NCBI GenBank assembly: GCA_023244835.1
Contig: JAHFLN010000001.1
Span: 4,912-68,911 of the forward strand
DNA from: Candidatus Harrisonbacteria bacterium
GTDB lineage: Bacteria > Patescibacteriota > Minisyncoccia > UBA6257 > UBA11618
Direction of reading: 5' to 3'
Length of the DNA: 64,000 nucleotides
Position 1 is the first letter of the stretch. Each line of letters begins with the position of its first letter. Shown here piece by piece: positions 49,850 through 59,398 of the stretch. Under the pieces are notes generated by a model that was given only the letters and a program-made list of their open reading frames with translations, did not search any database and was not told the DNA's origin. Position numbers and translations under genes: made by a program.

Positions 49850-50740
49850 TCAGCACCAGAAGCAGAGCGCCTTTACCACTTTCGTGGCCGCTTTTACCAC
49901 GGTCGTCGCAGCCGATGTCACGGCAGTCACCGCCGCTTTTACTACCGTCGTACCGACCGCAACCGCGGCCTTAACCGCCGCAACGCCCGTTCCTACCACA
50001 AGCTCGATCGGATTAGTCTTCGGATCAAGGGCGAGTTTCGACACGTCCGAGGCAAGTCCCTTTACGGCATCCACTACCCCGCCCCCGATCGATTTCACCG
50101 TCTCGAATGTCGTTTTCACGCCTTGAACGACGATATCCGTCGCAGCGCTTACTACCGCAACCGTCGTCTTCACCGCAAACGCGCCAACGGCAACCGCGGC
50201 TTTAACAGGAGCGAGTGCTATATCCGCCGCAACCTTTGCCCCACCCGAAAGCCCGGCTGTCGCAGACTCGAGGAATGTCCCGCTATCCTGATTGTTCCGC
50301 GTGTATATCCCTTGCGTGCACGGAGCGGGAGCTTTCGCGCCGCACGATTTCGTCTTTGAGCTCACAGCCAGTCCGAACAGGCCCGCATCCTCCACGCGGC
50401 CGCCCGCGCATTTCACGCCGAAGGTGATCGCAAGGCTCACAAAACTCGAGCTGTCGCTCTTGCAGTCGCATCTCCACCCCTCCCATGAGCACGACTGGCC
50501 CGCGGGAAGCCATGAGGCGCGCGTTTCTCCTCCTAAACCGATGCCGTTTAACGCTTTTATATTTTCTAATGTGAGGTCGCCCGCTTTCGTTTGCGGAACA
50601 GAACTCACATTCAGAAGCTTAGGCGAAGAAAAGCCAGCAGGAGAAGCGATGGGTTCCGTGAATGCGAGCGCCGTTCCGGCCGACGCGCATAGGGCGAGAA
50701 CCGCGCCGCATACGATATGCGCCCGATTGATACTTTTCAT
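49850..50740 (-). CDS. Secreted Cys-rich hypothetical protein, paralog B, with C-terminal Ala/Val/Lys/Thr-rich 11-mer repeat region
   Basis: Same N-terminal block as paralog A, then ~120 aa of VKAAVAVGTTV-like repeats, ends CFWC; DNA-level repeats 49860-50240. Confidence 0.6.
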   Translation of the reverse strand: MKSINRAHIVCGAVLALCASAGTALAFTEPIASPAGFSSPKLLNVSSVPQTKAGDLTLENIKALNGIGLGGETRASWLPAGQSCSWEGWRCDCKSDSSSFVSLAITFGVKCAGGRVEDAGLFGLAVSSKTKSCGAKAPAPCTQGIYTRNNQDSGTFLESATAGLSGGAKVAADIALAPVKAAVAVGAFAVKTTVAVVSAATDIVVQGVKTTFETVKSIGGGVVDAVKGLASDVSKLALDPKTNPIELVVGTGVAAVKAAVAVGTTVVKAAVTAVTSAATTVVKAATKVVKALCFWC

Positions 50741-50741
50741 C

Positions 50742-51689
50742 TCAACGAGGAGGCGGCTGGCCGCCCTGCGGAGGAGGCATTGATGGCGGCGTACATCCTC
50801 CTGGAGGCATCGTGGGCATCGGGCCGCCTGGCTGCATTATAGGACATGGAGGTAACGAAGGGGCCGATGCTTGCACGGTAACCGATGTGGCGCCCAGTGC
50901 CTGACCCTTCGTCCGCAAGGCGGGCACCCTGAGCATTTCCGACCATGAAATGACATCCAGGATATCCCCATCCCTCGTCGTATAACCGTATTTCCCGTTA
51001 ATCCCGATACATACCTCGACTTCGCGACCGGTTGTGTCGGTGCCGACATAGCGATATGCCGCAGTCAGGCGATCCTTAATGGACTGTTTCGAACAGATTC
51101 CGTCGGTATCGCCTCCGAGTGATATCTTATATCTCGTCTCATTGCACTGCGCGGCCGTAAGCGCTGTCCCGTATGCGTCATATGCCCCCCACTTACAAAA
51201 CGGCTCAAGCGGCCCCTTGCCGCACTCTTCCTGGGTTTTTATGCCCGCGCAATTAACGCTTTGCGCTATCTGCGCGAGACTTGGAGGCCTCGGCGCCTCG
51301 ACGACCGGCTGAGGAGTCGGTTCCGGAACAGGCTCAGGAACTATGACGGCGGCCTGAGCCGATGATCTTCTACTCCTCCATCGCGATGTTCTCACTGCTG
51401 GAGTTCCTAATATGGCATCGACAGCTTGGGCGGCATATATTCCGTCCCCATTACCCTCGTCACCATAGAGCGCAAGCTCGACCTCCGTGCATAATTCGGC
51501 ATCCAAGACCTCGCCCTTCGCGCACGCGACATCGAGCACCCTCGTCATCATGCTATATCCCGAAACATATCCCGCCCGATAGCTTTGGGCGTCAATGAAT
51601 CCATATATCAGTATCGCCGCGGCGATCACGATCACCGCGATACTTGCTATCCGCACATTCTTTCCCATATTTTTCATCATACCCCACAA
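50742..51689 (-). CDS. Membrane-anchored hypothetical protein with Pro-rich linker and Pro/Gly-rich C-terminus
   Basis: N-terminal TM; PEPVPEPTPQPVVEAPRPP linker; Cys-containing extracellular domain. Confidence 0.5.
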   Translation of the reverse strand: MWGMMKNMGKNVRIASIAVIVIAAAILIYGFIDAQSYRAGYVSGYSMMTRVLDVACAKGEVLDAELCTEVELALYGDEGNGDGIYAAQAVDAILGTPAVRTSRWRSRRSSAQAAVIVPEPVPEPTPQPVVEAPRPPSLAQIAQSVNCAGIKTQEECGKGPLEPFCKWGAYDAYGTALTAAQCNETRYKISLGGDTDGICSKQSIKDRLTAAYRYVGTDTTGREVEVCIGINGKYGYTTRDGDILDVISWSEMLRVPALRTKGQALGATSVTVQASAPSLPPCPIMQPGGPMPTMPPGGCTPPSMPPPQGGQPPPR

Positions 51690-51714
51690 CAGGACTTCGT
51701 CCCTTGTGGAAAAC

Positions 51715-52347
51715 TTATTTCTGGATCGTCACCGGGAACGTATATGATTTCTTCCCCGTCGCCGTTCCCGTTATCTCCACCAATATTGAATAATCGCCGA
51801 GCTCTTTCCAGAAATGCTCGATTGACTTGCTCTCCCCCTTCTTCACCGAACCAGAAATCGCTTGCTTGTCCCCCCAATTCACCGAATATAAGAGATCCTC
51901 GACGTCCGCTCCTATAAGAAGCGAGAGATTTTGCTGGACGGGACGGACGATAGATACGCTCGATTGCTCGCCTAGAGTCCCAATCGGCACCCCTAAAACC
52001 TGTCCAAGCTCCTTCCTCGCGACCTCGATGCCCGCTTTCGTCATCTCGTTAGCGAAACCCGTTACGGCCTCCTTCGGCTTCTCAATAAGGAGTTCCATAC
52101 CTGATTTCACGAGCGATGCGCCCGCATCTTTCGCCGTCTGCGCATGACCCGGCGTCTGATCGAATAACTTCCCGATGCCTATGGAAAGCGATTCGCCGCT
52201 TATCGCGCGCGTCGCCTTCCCGATATCGAAGCCGGAATTCCAGAAATACCATATGCCGCCCGCGACGGCGACAAGAAGCACGAGATAGAGAATTCCGCCT
52301 CCTCCTTTCTTACCTCTCGACCGGCGCGGATATTCGTCGTCGTTCAT
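51715..52347 (-). CDS. Membrane-anchored hypothetical protein
   Basis: N-terminal basic region plus TM helix; first gene of the cluster. Confidence 0.5.
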   Translation of the reverse strand: MNDDEYPRRSRGKKGGGGILYLVLLVAVAGGIWYFWNSGFDIGKATRAISGESLSIGIGKLFDQTPGHAQTAKDAGASLVKSGMELLIEKPKEAVTGFANEMTKAGIEVARKELGQVLGVPIGTLGEQSSVSIVRPVQQNLSLLIGADVEDLLYSVNWGDKQAISGSVKKGESKSIEHFWKELGDYSILVEITGTATGKKSYTFPVTIQK

Positions 52348-52367
52348 GTCTAGAGTATACTACCTTC

Positions 52368-53480
52368 TTATTTGAAAATCTCCGGCCGATACCTATTGCT
52401 CGGGTTCCAATTGAGCCACCCCGCGGATAGGCCCGCGTCATGGATTGCCCGTATCTGCGCGCGTACCATCTCAGGCGTATAGTCCGCGCCCATATTGAAA
52501 TCCTGAATCCACGGCCTAATATTCGTGAATGGCTGATTTGCGGCCATAAATATCTCCTTCCCCTTCGCGAGCGTACCCGCCATCACCTCATAAGGATGCG
52601 CCGCCGGATTATCGAAGCCGAAATTGCCCGCGTCGAAATGCGACGGGTAAATCATCGGACAAATCGCATCAAATACTGCCGCGAGAGCCGGCGCCGACTG
52701 ACCGATACCGAGATCCGCCTTTCGCATAAAGGTGTAGCCGAAAATATCGGCGGTTAAGCGGATATCCGGATAGTCCCTCTTGATCTCATTTTTCAGATAA
52801 TTCGCGGCCTCTACGATAACATCGCTTTTTTCCCTACCAGCCCCTTCCCGCCAGAATGGATAAACCGCGGTCGTCACTCCTTCGGAGGGAAACCTAAAAT
52901 AATCGAAATTAATTTCACCGAAACCCGCGTCAACCGCTTCCTTCGCGATGCCCGCAACATGCGCCCACGCCTCCTTATTACTCGGATCGAGCCAATGCCG
53001 CCCTCCATTATCGCGCCATAAGCCGCCGCCAGCGCCGTGTACGGCCCAACTCGGCTTCTCTGCCGCTATATTATTATTCTGAAACACCACAAGCCGCGCG
53101 ATGGGGAAGATGCGCAGGAACCGCAAGCGGCGGATCGCCGCACGCAGACGATCATCGATTAAAACGCGCCCGGAATCGTCTTGGATATCCACAACGACCG
53201 CATTCGGCGCCATGTCACCCGAAGCGTCTTTTATAAGACTCACGATGCCGTCCATCTTTCCGCTCCGCAGGATCGAGGCGGTAATATACAGCGCTCGAAC
53301 TTCTGCCGGATATTCGAGAGGAGTAAGCGGCGGGAGAACGATCTGATCCGGAGCTACTACCGCTACCGCTTGAGCCTCCTGCCCCATAGACGCCGGAACG
53401 GGACGGGTGGTTATGAACGCCGCGCCCGATGCTGAAACAATCATAAGCGCCGATGCGAGCACTTTCGCCTTACCGGGCAT
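52368..53480 (-). CDS. Putative glycoside-hydrolase-like TIM-barrel protein (DUF4015-like), signal-anchored
   Basis: ...INFDYFRFPSEG... pattern; start chosen at MPGKAKVLASALMIV. Confidence 0.45.
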   Translation of the reverse strand: MPGKAKVLASALMIVSASGAAFITTRPVPASMGQEAQAVAVVAPDQIVLPPLTPLEYPAEVRALYITASILRSGKMDGIVSLIKDASGDMAPNAVVVDIQDDSGRVLIDDRLRAAIRRLRFLRIFPIARLVVFQNNNIAAEKPSWAVHGAGGGLWRDNGGRHWLDPSNKEAWAHVAGIAKEAVDAGFGEINFDYFRFPSEGVTTAVYPFWREGAGREKSDVIVEAANYLKNEIKRDYPDIRLTADIFGYTFMRKADLGIGQSAPALAAVFDAICPMIYPSHFDAGNFGFDNPAAHPYEVMAGTLAKGKEIFMAANQPFTNIRPWIQDFNMGADYTPEMVRAQIRAIHDAGLSAGWLNWNPSNRYRPEIFK

Positions 53481-54327
53481 ACGGGAAAATAACGATGAAC
53501 CACGCGGCGGCCGACAGGAGCACCGCGAGGACCTTCTCGGGAAGATTCGCAACGAGGCTTTTCCGAAGCTCTATCTTCTTCGGATCGTATTTATCCCGCA
53601 TGAATTCTCCGATCGCCTGCTTAAGCTCCTCAGCCGATGCCATAACCGCAAGACGCCCGTCACGGGCGACCGAAATCGTTCCCTTTTCCTCCGATACGAT
53701 GACGGCGAGCACGTCGGACACTTCGGCGATACCCAAGCCCGCGCTATGGCGCGTGCCGTACGATTCGATCTGCCCGAAATCCTGCGACAACGGAAGGTGC
53801 ACGCCGAATTTAGCAATAAGCCCGCCCGCGATTACAAGAGCTCCATCATGCCCCGGCGAGCTCGCGTCGAATATACTTTCAAGGAGAGGCTCTGAGATCT
53901 TCCCCTCGAGTGAAAATCCGCCGCTTAAGTGGCGGCCGATCGCTTCACGGCCCGTGAATACCACGATCATGCCGATTTTCTCCTTACTGAAACGCTCCGC
54001 AACCCGCACTACGCACTCAACAATACCCGTTCCCGGCCGTTTCTTCATCGAGGCTCCTCCCGCGCCTATCCATATGGCGATCATCTCGAAATATCTCCGC
54101 AGTTCCGCCTGGAATATAATCACAAGGCCGAGCAGAAATACGCTGAAAAAAAGATTCAACGCCGCGGCGGACAGACGTAAGCCAAATGTGTTTGCGGCGG
54201 CATAGACTACGGATACGACGATAATCCCGTACACGACGAAGAGCGACCGCGTCTGCTTCAGGAGCATGATAAGCCCGTACGTGAGGAACGAAGAAAGCCC
54301 GATATCGAGAATATCTATCAATCTCAT
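53470..54327 (-). CDS. cdaA: Diadenylate cyclase CdaA (c-di-AMP synthase)
   Basis: N-terminal TM helices; DAC domain motifs DGALVI, GTRHSAGLGIAE, AVIVSEE. Confidence 0.85.
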   Translation of the reverse strand: MRLIDILDIGLSSFLTYGLIMLLKQTRSLFVVYGIIVVSVVYAAANTFGLRLSAAALNLFFSVFLLGLVIIFQAELRRYFEMIAIWIGAGGASMKKRPGTGIVECVVRVAERFSKEKIGMIVVFTGREAIGRHLSGGFSLEGKISEPLLESIFDASSPGHDGALVIAGGLIAKFGVHLPLSQDFGQIESYGTRHSAGLGIAEVSDVLAVIVSEEKGTISVARDGRLAVMASAEELKQAIGEFMRDKYDPKKIELRKSLVANLPEKVLAVLLSAAAWFIVIFPYAR

Positions 54328-54335
54328 ATGAGCAG

Positions 54336-54430
54336 TATACCCCGTGTTACAAATCCGACCATATATGACCCGTCATATTAGCTCGTCCATAGCGTTTCTA
54401 CACCACGTCGGATTTGTAACACGGGGTATA
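54336..54430. repeat. Family-1 palindromic element: perfect 24 bp inverted repeat TATACCCCGTGTTACAAATCCGAC / GTCGGATTTGTAACACGGGGTATA
   Basis: Arms 54336-54359 and 54407-54430; 47 bp spacer; begins 9 nt from cdaA start codon. Confidence 0.8.
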
Positions 54431-54440
54431 CCTCGTCGTG

Positions 54441-54489
54441 AAAAAAATACAGCCGCTCTACCCGATACCGGGAGCGGCTGTATTTTTTA
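54441..54489. terminator. Bidirectional rho-independent terminator
   Basis: A7-ATACAGCCGCTC...GAGCGGCTGTAT-T6. Confidence 0.7.
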
Positions 54490-54505
54490 AAACCGACAGT
54501 TCGCG

Positions 54506-55168
54506 CTACAGCGCGATCAGAATATCCTTCTTTCCTCCCGCAACCACATCGATCGGCATCATTTTTATAGATTCATTCGGAATGCCGGTGTCGTTCGAAA
54601 GCGTACGCACCTTTACCTCGTCGTACGCGATAGCCGCGAGCGATACGGTGAAGATATTCGTCACGGAACCTGCCTGAACGGGCTTATAACCGTCATAGAC
54701 CTGTATCCATCCGCCGTTCGCGTCGGCTACGCGATACGGATTATGCACGAAGATTTCGCGCACCGTTACCGCCGTAGGCGACGATACCGAGAACGACACC
54801 TCGCCCTTCCCTACCGCGGCCGGAACGGCTGTTCCCTGCGCAGGAGCTTCGGGCATCGAAGGAGAGACCGCTTCTTCCGCCGGACCCGCGCCCGCAGGCG
54901 GCATGGTGTCTAGAACATCGGCCCCGGTCGATGTCGCTTCCTCCGCCGCCTCGGTCGATGTCGAGACTGCTTCTTCCGCCGCCGGCATGCCAGCAGTCGA
55001 TGACGACATGAGAAGCTTAACCCCTACGACTACGATTACGAGCACCAGTATGACTATGGCGAGATTAGTGCCTGCCTGACCCTTATCCTCTTCAGGAGCC
55101 TTATGCTCCCCATAGTATGACGCGCCATTACCCACCCGATTTCCCTGCTCCGATCCTATTGGTTCCAT
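54506..55168 (-). CDS. Membrane-anchored hypothetical protein with Ala/Glu/Pro-rich linker
   Basis: TM helix then low-complexity linker and C-terminal beta-rich domain. Confidence 0.5.
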   Translation of the reverse strand: MEPIGSEQGNRVGNGASYYGEHKAPEEDKGQAGTNLAIVILVLVIVVVGVKLLMSSSTAGMPAAEEAVSTSTEAAEEATSTGADVLDTMPPAGAGPAEEAVSPSMPEAPAQGTAVPAAVGKGEVSFSVSSPTAVTVREIFVHNPYRVADANGGWIQVYDGYKPVQAGSVTNIFTVSLAAIAYDEVKVRTLSNDTGIPNESIKMMPIDVVAGGKKDILIAL

Positions 55169-55209
55169 ATGCGCCTCATGGTAGGGCGAAGCATACCGAA
55201 CGTCAACAC

Positions 55210-56325
55210 CTATAATCCGGAAAGCGTGATGCCTGATCCCTCCAGCATCTTTTTCAGCGGATAGGTGGAAATTATCGTCGCGCGAACCGACCCGTCTTCC
55301 TTCGCGCTCACGACGCCGATCACCCTACCCTTCCAGAATATGGGCGATCCCGACCTTCCGCCGATCGTTTCCATATCCGCCAAAATACCGATGGGCTCAT
55401 CCTTGAAAAGCGCGTCACCCCCGACATACTTCCGCACCGCGCCGACACTTCCTTGCAAATAAAACGAATTTCCATATGCCGGTGTTCCGCTCGGGAAGCC
55501 GAACGTGAGCAGTTCCCCGCCCGGCGCGGGAAAGGCTACCTCCTCGATCCTGCTCGCCGGAAACGAGCTAGGCATCGAGCGGCCGAAGAACTCCCTCGCA
55601 TCGTCCGTTACATCGATGATCTTCAATATCGCCATATCGAGAAAGTCTCCTTCGCCCGCGCTCATACCCGGCTTTCCGGCCGAATTCGGCACGAACGCTA
55701 CCGTCGCGCGGTACGGCAAGGCGTTTACGAGCGTGAATGGATTCAAGGCCCTGATTTCCTGCGGCGTCGGCGCATGCGCATCCAGATCGGGCCCGCCCAC
55801 GATACATGACTTAAGCGAATAACCCGAAGCCCCCTGCCTGCCCCCGGTACGTCGATACGCGTACTCCATATCGACCACGTGCCGCGCGGTCAGCACGTAT
55901 CCGCGCGAGTCCACGATCGCGCCGGAACCGAATGCCGTGATCGTCCCGCCTGTCGCCGCATTCTCGAACGAACACTTCACGACGACGATAGACGACATCA
56001 CGATCGGCGTTTCGGGAAGTGTCTTCTCCGATGACTCCTTCGGCAGGGAAACGGGGGGTTGCTTCGGCGCGGGGAGAGGGAGCACGGGCATAGGAGCAAC
56101 GGACTTCGAAGGCTCGCGCGCCGCCTTCTTCGCCGACTCCGACTGCGTAGCCGGCGCAGGAAGCGCGGCGGGTTCCATCCTATCGGACGCGAGCGGCTTC
56201 GTAGGCGCTTCTGCTTTTCCATTATCCCCATCGGGAAGCATGACGACCGTTTTCGCCCTCATACCATACGTGCCGAAACCAATGACTACCGCGACGATCA
56301 GCGCGAATATGATACGGAACGTCAT
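55210..56325 (-). CDS. Membrane-anchored trypsin-like (S1) serine protease
   Basis: TARHVV (His) and GRSGSPIF (Ser) motifs; N-terminal TM. Confidence 0.7.
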   Translation of the reverse strand: MTFRIIFALIVAVVIGFGTYGMRAKTVVMLPDGDNGKAEAPTKPLASDRMEPAALPAPATQSESAKKAAREPSKSVAPMPVLPLPAPKQPPVSLPKESSEKTLPETPIVMSSIVVVKCSFENAATGGTITAFGSGAIVDSRGYVLTARHVVDMEYAYRRTGGRQGASGYSLKSCIVGGPDLDAHAPTPQEIRALNPFTLVNALPYRATVAFVPNSAGKPGMSAGEGDFLDMAILKIIDVTDDAREFFGRSMPSSFPASRIEEVAFPAPGGELLTFGFPSGTPAYGNSFYLQGSVGAVRKYVGGDALFKDEPIGILADMETIGGRSGSPIFWKGRVIGVVSAKEDGSVRATIISTYPLKKMLEGSGITLSGL

Positions 56326-57914
56326 TTCCTCCTGATATGCGCCTCCGCGTATGCGGCGCTGCCGCCGACCTTCTTTCCCGGATTAAATATGCCGTGCGGA
56401 TCGAAGATGCGCTTCACTTCTCCGAAAAGCGCGCACACTTTTTCTCCGTACATCCGCTCCAAATACGGCGTTCGCATGAGCCCGTCATTATGCTCGGCCG
56501 TAATCGATCCCCCGTATTTCACGACCAAGGCGTACACCTTTTCCCCCAGCTCCTTGATAACCTCCCGCGATCGGGCACTTCCGAGATCCATGAGCGGAAT
56601 GATATGAAAATTGCCGTTGCCCATATGCCCTGCGACGGTATAGGTCATATCGGCCTCGTACGGCTTCATAAGCGCCTCGAGTTCGGGCAGGAATTGCGGA
56701 AGCTTCTTAGGCGATACAATCACGTCGTCTATGAAGGGCGCCGTCTGTCTGCCGTGAATCTTCGTGCGGAGCAAGCTAAAACTTTCACGACGCACCGCCC
56801 AATACTTCTCCGCATCGCGGGCCGTCCTCGTGACCCGCATCGCGCCCACGAGCCCCGCAAGCGACTTCCGTGCCGCCTCGGCCTTCGTGAGCGTCTCACG
56901 CTCCGAATCTCCCGTGAACTCCGCGAGGAGCACGAGCTTCGGCAGGCCGCCGTTCCGAACGATCATCATGACCTCCGGGATGAATTGCCAGGCGAAGCGG
57001 AAGAACATATAGCGCATGCCGAGCATGAGCGTATGGTCGTCATATGACTCGAAGCTTTCAGGCCGATGCTCAAGCACCTTGGGAATAAGCGTGGCAAGCG
57101 TCGAGGCGTCATTCAAAAATATCACGAGCAGGCGCGAATGCTTTTTAGGACGAATAGTTCGAAACCGTATCTCTGTCACCAACCCGAGCGTCCCCTGCGA
57201 ACCCGTTATGAGCCGCGTCATGTCGAATGTCGTGCCGTCATACACGTCCCAGAGCGCGTATCCCGCCGAATTCTTGCTGACCGCGGGCTTCGCCGCGCGC
57301 AGGACATCGGCATTCTTCGTGACAAGATCGTAGACGGAACGATAGAGGTCGCCCTCGAACGTCCCAAGACGCATCTTTTCCCGCAGGCCGCGTTGATCGA
57401 GCTTGCCGAACGAGTACTGATTGCCGTCTGCGCATACAACGTCGAGCTTCGACACGTAATCCGCCGTTTTCCCGTATGATAAGGTCTTTTCCCCGCCAGA
57501 ATTGTTCGCGACCATGCCGCCGATTGCGCACAACCCCTTCGACGCCGGATAGCTCGGCATGAGAAAGTCTTTCGCCGCAAGCTCCCGCTCGAGATCGCGG
57601 TAATACGTTCCCGGTTCCGCGACTGCAAACCCGTATCCGACCTCGCGGATATGGTTCATATAGCGCGTGAAATCAACCACGACCGATTCGGACAATGGGC
57701 CACCCGTCATGTCCGTGCCCGCCGCACGGGCTGTTAAGGACACGCCGAGGCTCCGATTCTCAGAAACGAACGCGACGAGCGCCTTCACATCATCCTCATC
57801 GCGCGGAAAGACGACGGCCTGCGGCACCACCTTAAAGAGGCTCGCGTCGCGACTCGCCGTCTCCCGCGAGGCATGATCTTCCGCGATATCTCCCTTGAAT
57901 CCCGGGATCACCAT
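56322..57914 (-). CDS. FAD-linked oxidase (GlcD / D-lactate dehydrogenase family)
   Basis: FAD_binding_4-like N-terminus; 530 aa. Confidence 0.75.
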   Translation of the reverse strand: MVIPGFKGDIAEDHASRETASRDASLFKVVPQAVVFPRDEDDVKALVAFVSENRSLGVSLTARAAGTDMTGGPLSESVVVDFTRYMNHIREVGYGFAVAEPGTYYRDLERELAAKDFLMPSYPASKGLCAIGGMVANNSGGEKTLSYGKTADYVSKLDVVCADGNQYSFGKLDQRGLREKMRLGTFEGDLYRSVYDLVTKNADVLRAAKPAVSKNSAGYALWDVYDGTTFDMTRLITGSQGTLGLVTEIRFRTIRPKKHSRLLVIFLNDASTLATLIPKVLEHRPESFESYDDHTLMLGMRYMFFRFAWQFIPEVMMIVRNGGLPKLVLLAEFTGDSERETLTKAEAARKSLAGLVGAMRVTRTARDAEKYWAVRRESFSLLRTKIHGRQTAPFIDDVIVSPKKLPQFLPELEALMKPYEADMTYTVAGHMGNGNFHIIPLMDLGSARSREVIKELGEKVYALVVKYGGSITAEHNDGLMRTPYLERMYGEKVCALFGEVKRIFDPHGIFNPGKKVGGSAAYAEAHIRRK

Positions 57915-57918
57915 GCCT

Positions 57919-58725
57919 CTATGGTATCACGAATTTCCCCCGCCTTTCCCGTACCAGTCCCTCCTTCAGAAGATTCGCCATAGTGCGCCGTATCCGCCCT
58001 TCGGCCATGCCCGTTTCCCCCATAACTTCCGCGATCGCGCGCGGCCCGGAAGCAACAAGCAGTTTCACGATCGCGCCGCGGGCCTGCCTATCCGACCCCT
58101 CGAATTTCGCCTGCGTGACGTGGTGGGCGCTCCTGCGAGAAGGATTCGCCTCTGCCCCCTTCAAATACGCGCCGTAATCCATGAGCGCCCAGTACCACTC
58201 GCGCGGACGAACGCGGTCAAGCGCGCGCTCCACAAACGGCATAATCTGCCCGTCCCTCACCCCGCTCCGACCCGGAAAAAAATGATGCAGGAATACGCTC
58301 CGCACGTTCGTCTCGATGAATGCGACCGGCGCATTGAATGCGAACGCGGCGATCGAGCGCGCGGTCGCCTGGCCTATACCCGGCAACCGTTCGAGAAATT
58401 CCGGATCCTCCGGAAGCTTCCCGCGATGCTTCCGCGCAACCTCCTCCGCGATCCGCTTCAGATACAACGCACGCCGGTTATATCCCATACCCTGCCAAGC
58501 GGCGAGCACGTCCTTCAAGGAAGCGGACGCGAGCGAGGCGAAGTCCGGAAATGCCGCGATGAATTCGGGATATTTCTTCTCCACGCGGCTAACCTGCGTC
58601 TGTTGAAGCATGATCTCCGAAACGACGATACGATACGGATCGTGCATGACGCGCCACGCCATTCCGTGCCGTCCGCGTTTCCGATAATGGTCCCATATTT
58701 TTTTCCTGAATTGCCCGATGGTCAC
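57919..58725 (-). CDS. mutY: HhH-GPD DNA glycosylase, MutY-like (truncated form with C-terminal winged-helix-like tail)
   Basis: WRVMHDPYRIVVSEIMLQQTQVSRV and LPGIGQATARSI HhH-GPD motifs. Confidence 0.65.
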   Translation of the reverse strand: MTIGQFRKKIWDHYRKRGRHGMAWRVMHDPYRIVVSEIMLQQTQVSRVEKKYPEFIAAFPDFASLASASLKDVLAAWQGMGYNRRALYLKRIAEEVARKHRGKLPEDPEFLERLPGIGQATARSIAAFAFNAPVAFIETNVRSVFLHHFFPGRSGVRDGQIMPFVERALDRVRPREWYWALMDYGAYLKGAEANPSRRSAHHVTQAKFEGSDRQARGAIVKLLVASGPRAIAEVMGETGMAEGRIRRTMANLLKEGLVRERRGKFVIP

Positions 58726-58793
58726 TCTTCAGGCATATCAGGTAAATCCCCCGGCGTGAAGGCTTCCGCGCGCCATTTCGACCGACATAGAAA

Positions 58794-58836
58794 CAAAAAA
58801 AACGGCTCCGTCCAGCATCCTGCCGAACGAAGCCGT
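58794..58836 (-). terminator. Rho-independent terminator after 58853..59398
   Basis: ACGGCTCCG...CGAAGCCGT hairpin plus T8 on minus. Confidence 0.6.
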
Positions 58837-58852
58837 ATCGTGCCGCCCTCCC

Positions 58853-59398
58853 TCACGCAGCATCGTATATTTTCAAACGATGATACGTATGCTTCTTGCC
58901 CGGAACCCCCTTCTTCAAGGCGATCCGGGATTCCCCATTAAACCCCGCATTCATCCGATACAGCTCGACAACAAGCGCTGCATCGATTTTTTTCAGGCAT
59001 GGCACGAACCATTCGCTACCGCCATCCGCCATAAGCGGGATCGCCGGAAAATCGATACGCATCCACTCGGGAATGCGCCCGACATCCACTTTGCCCGGAT
59101 TGTCTGCCATCCATAGCGCATGTTTCAGGCTCAAGTAGCCTCCCGCTATCGGCGCAAGGCGATACCGGTACGCCCGTCCGCCGATAGAGCTTTCTTCGGG
59201 ATACAGCATACTTCCCCAGATAGCATCCACCTCGCACAGAAGCGCGTCCCTGAATGCGCCGACCGACCGCATGCCAGGAAACCTCTCTTTAATCTCAGCT
59301 TCGGACATCTCGCGGAGCGCGGGAATATGCGCGCTGAAATAGTCTCCGCTCGCCCTCGCCTCCAAACGCGATCTTCGTATAGGCTCATGAACCATCAT
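58853..59398 (-). CDS. Hypothetical protein
   Basis: 181 aa ORF with terminator downstream. Confidence 0.45.
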   Translation of the reverse strand: MMVHEPIRRSRLEARASGDYFSAHIPALREMSEAEIKERFPGMRSVGAFRDALLCEVDAIWGSMLYPEESSIGGRAYRYRLAPIAGGYLSLKHALWMADNPGKVDVGRIPEWMRIDFPAIPLMADGGSEWFVPCLKKIDAALVVELYRMNAGFNGESRIALKKGVPGKKHTYHRLKIYDAA

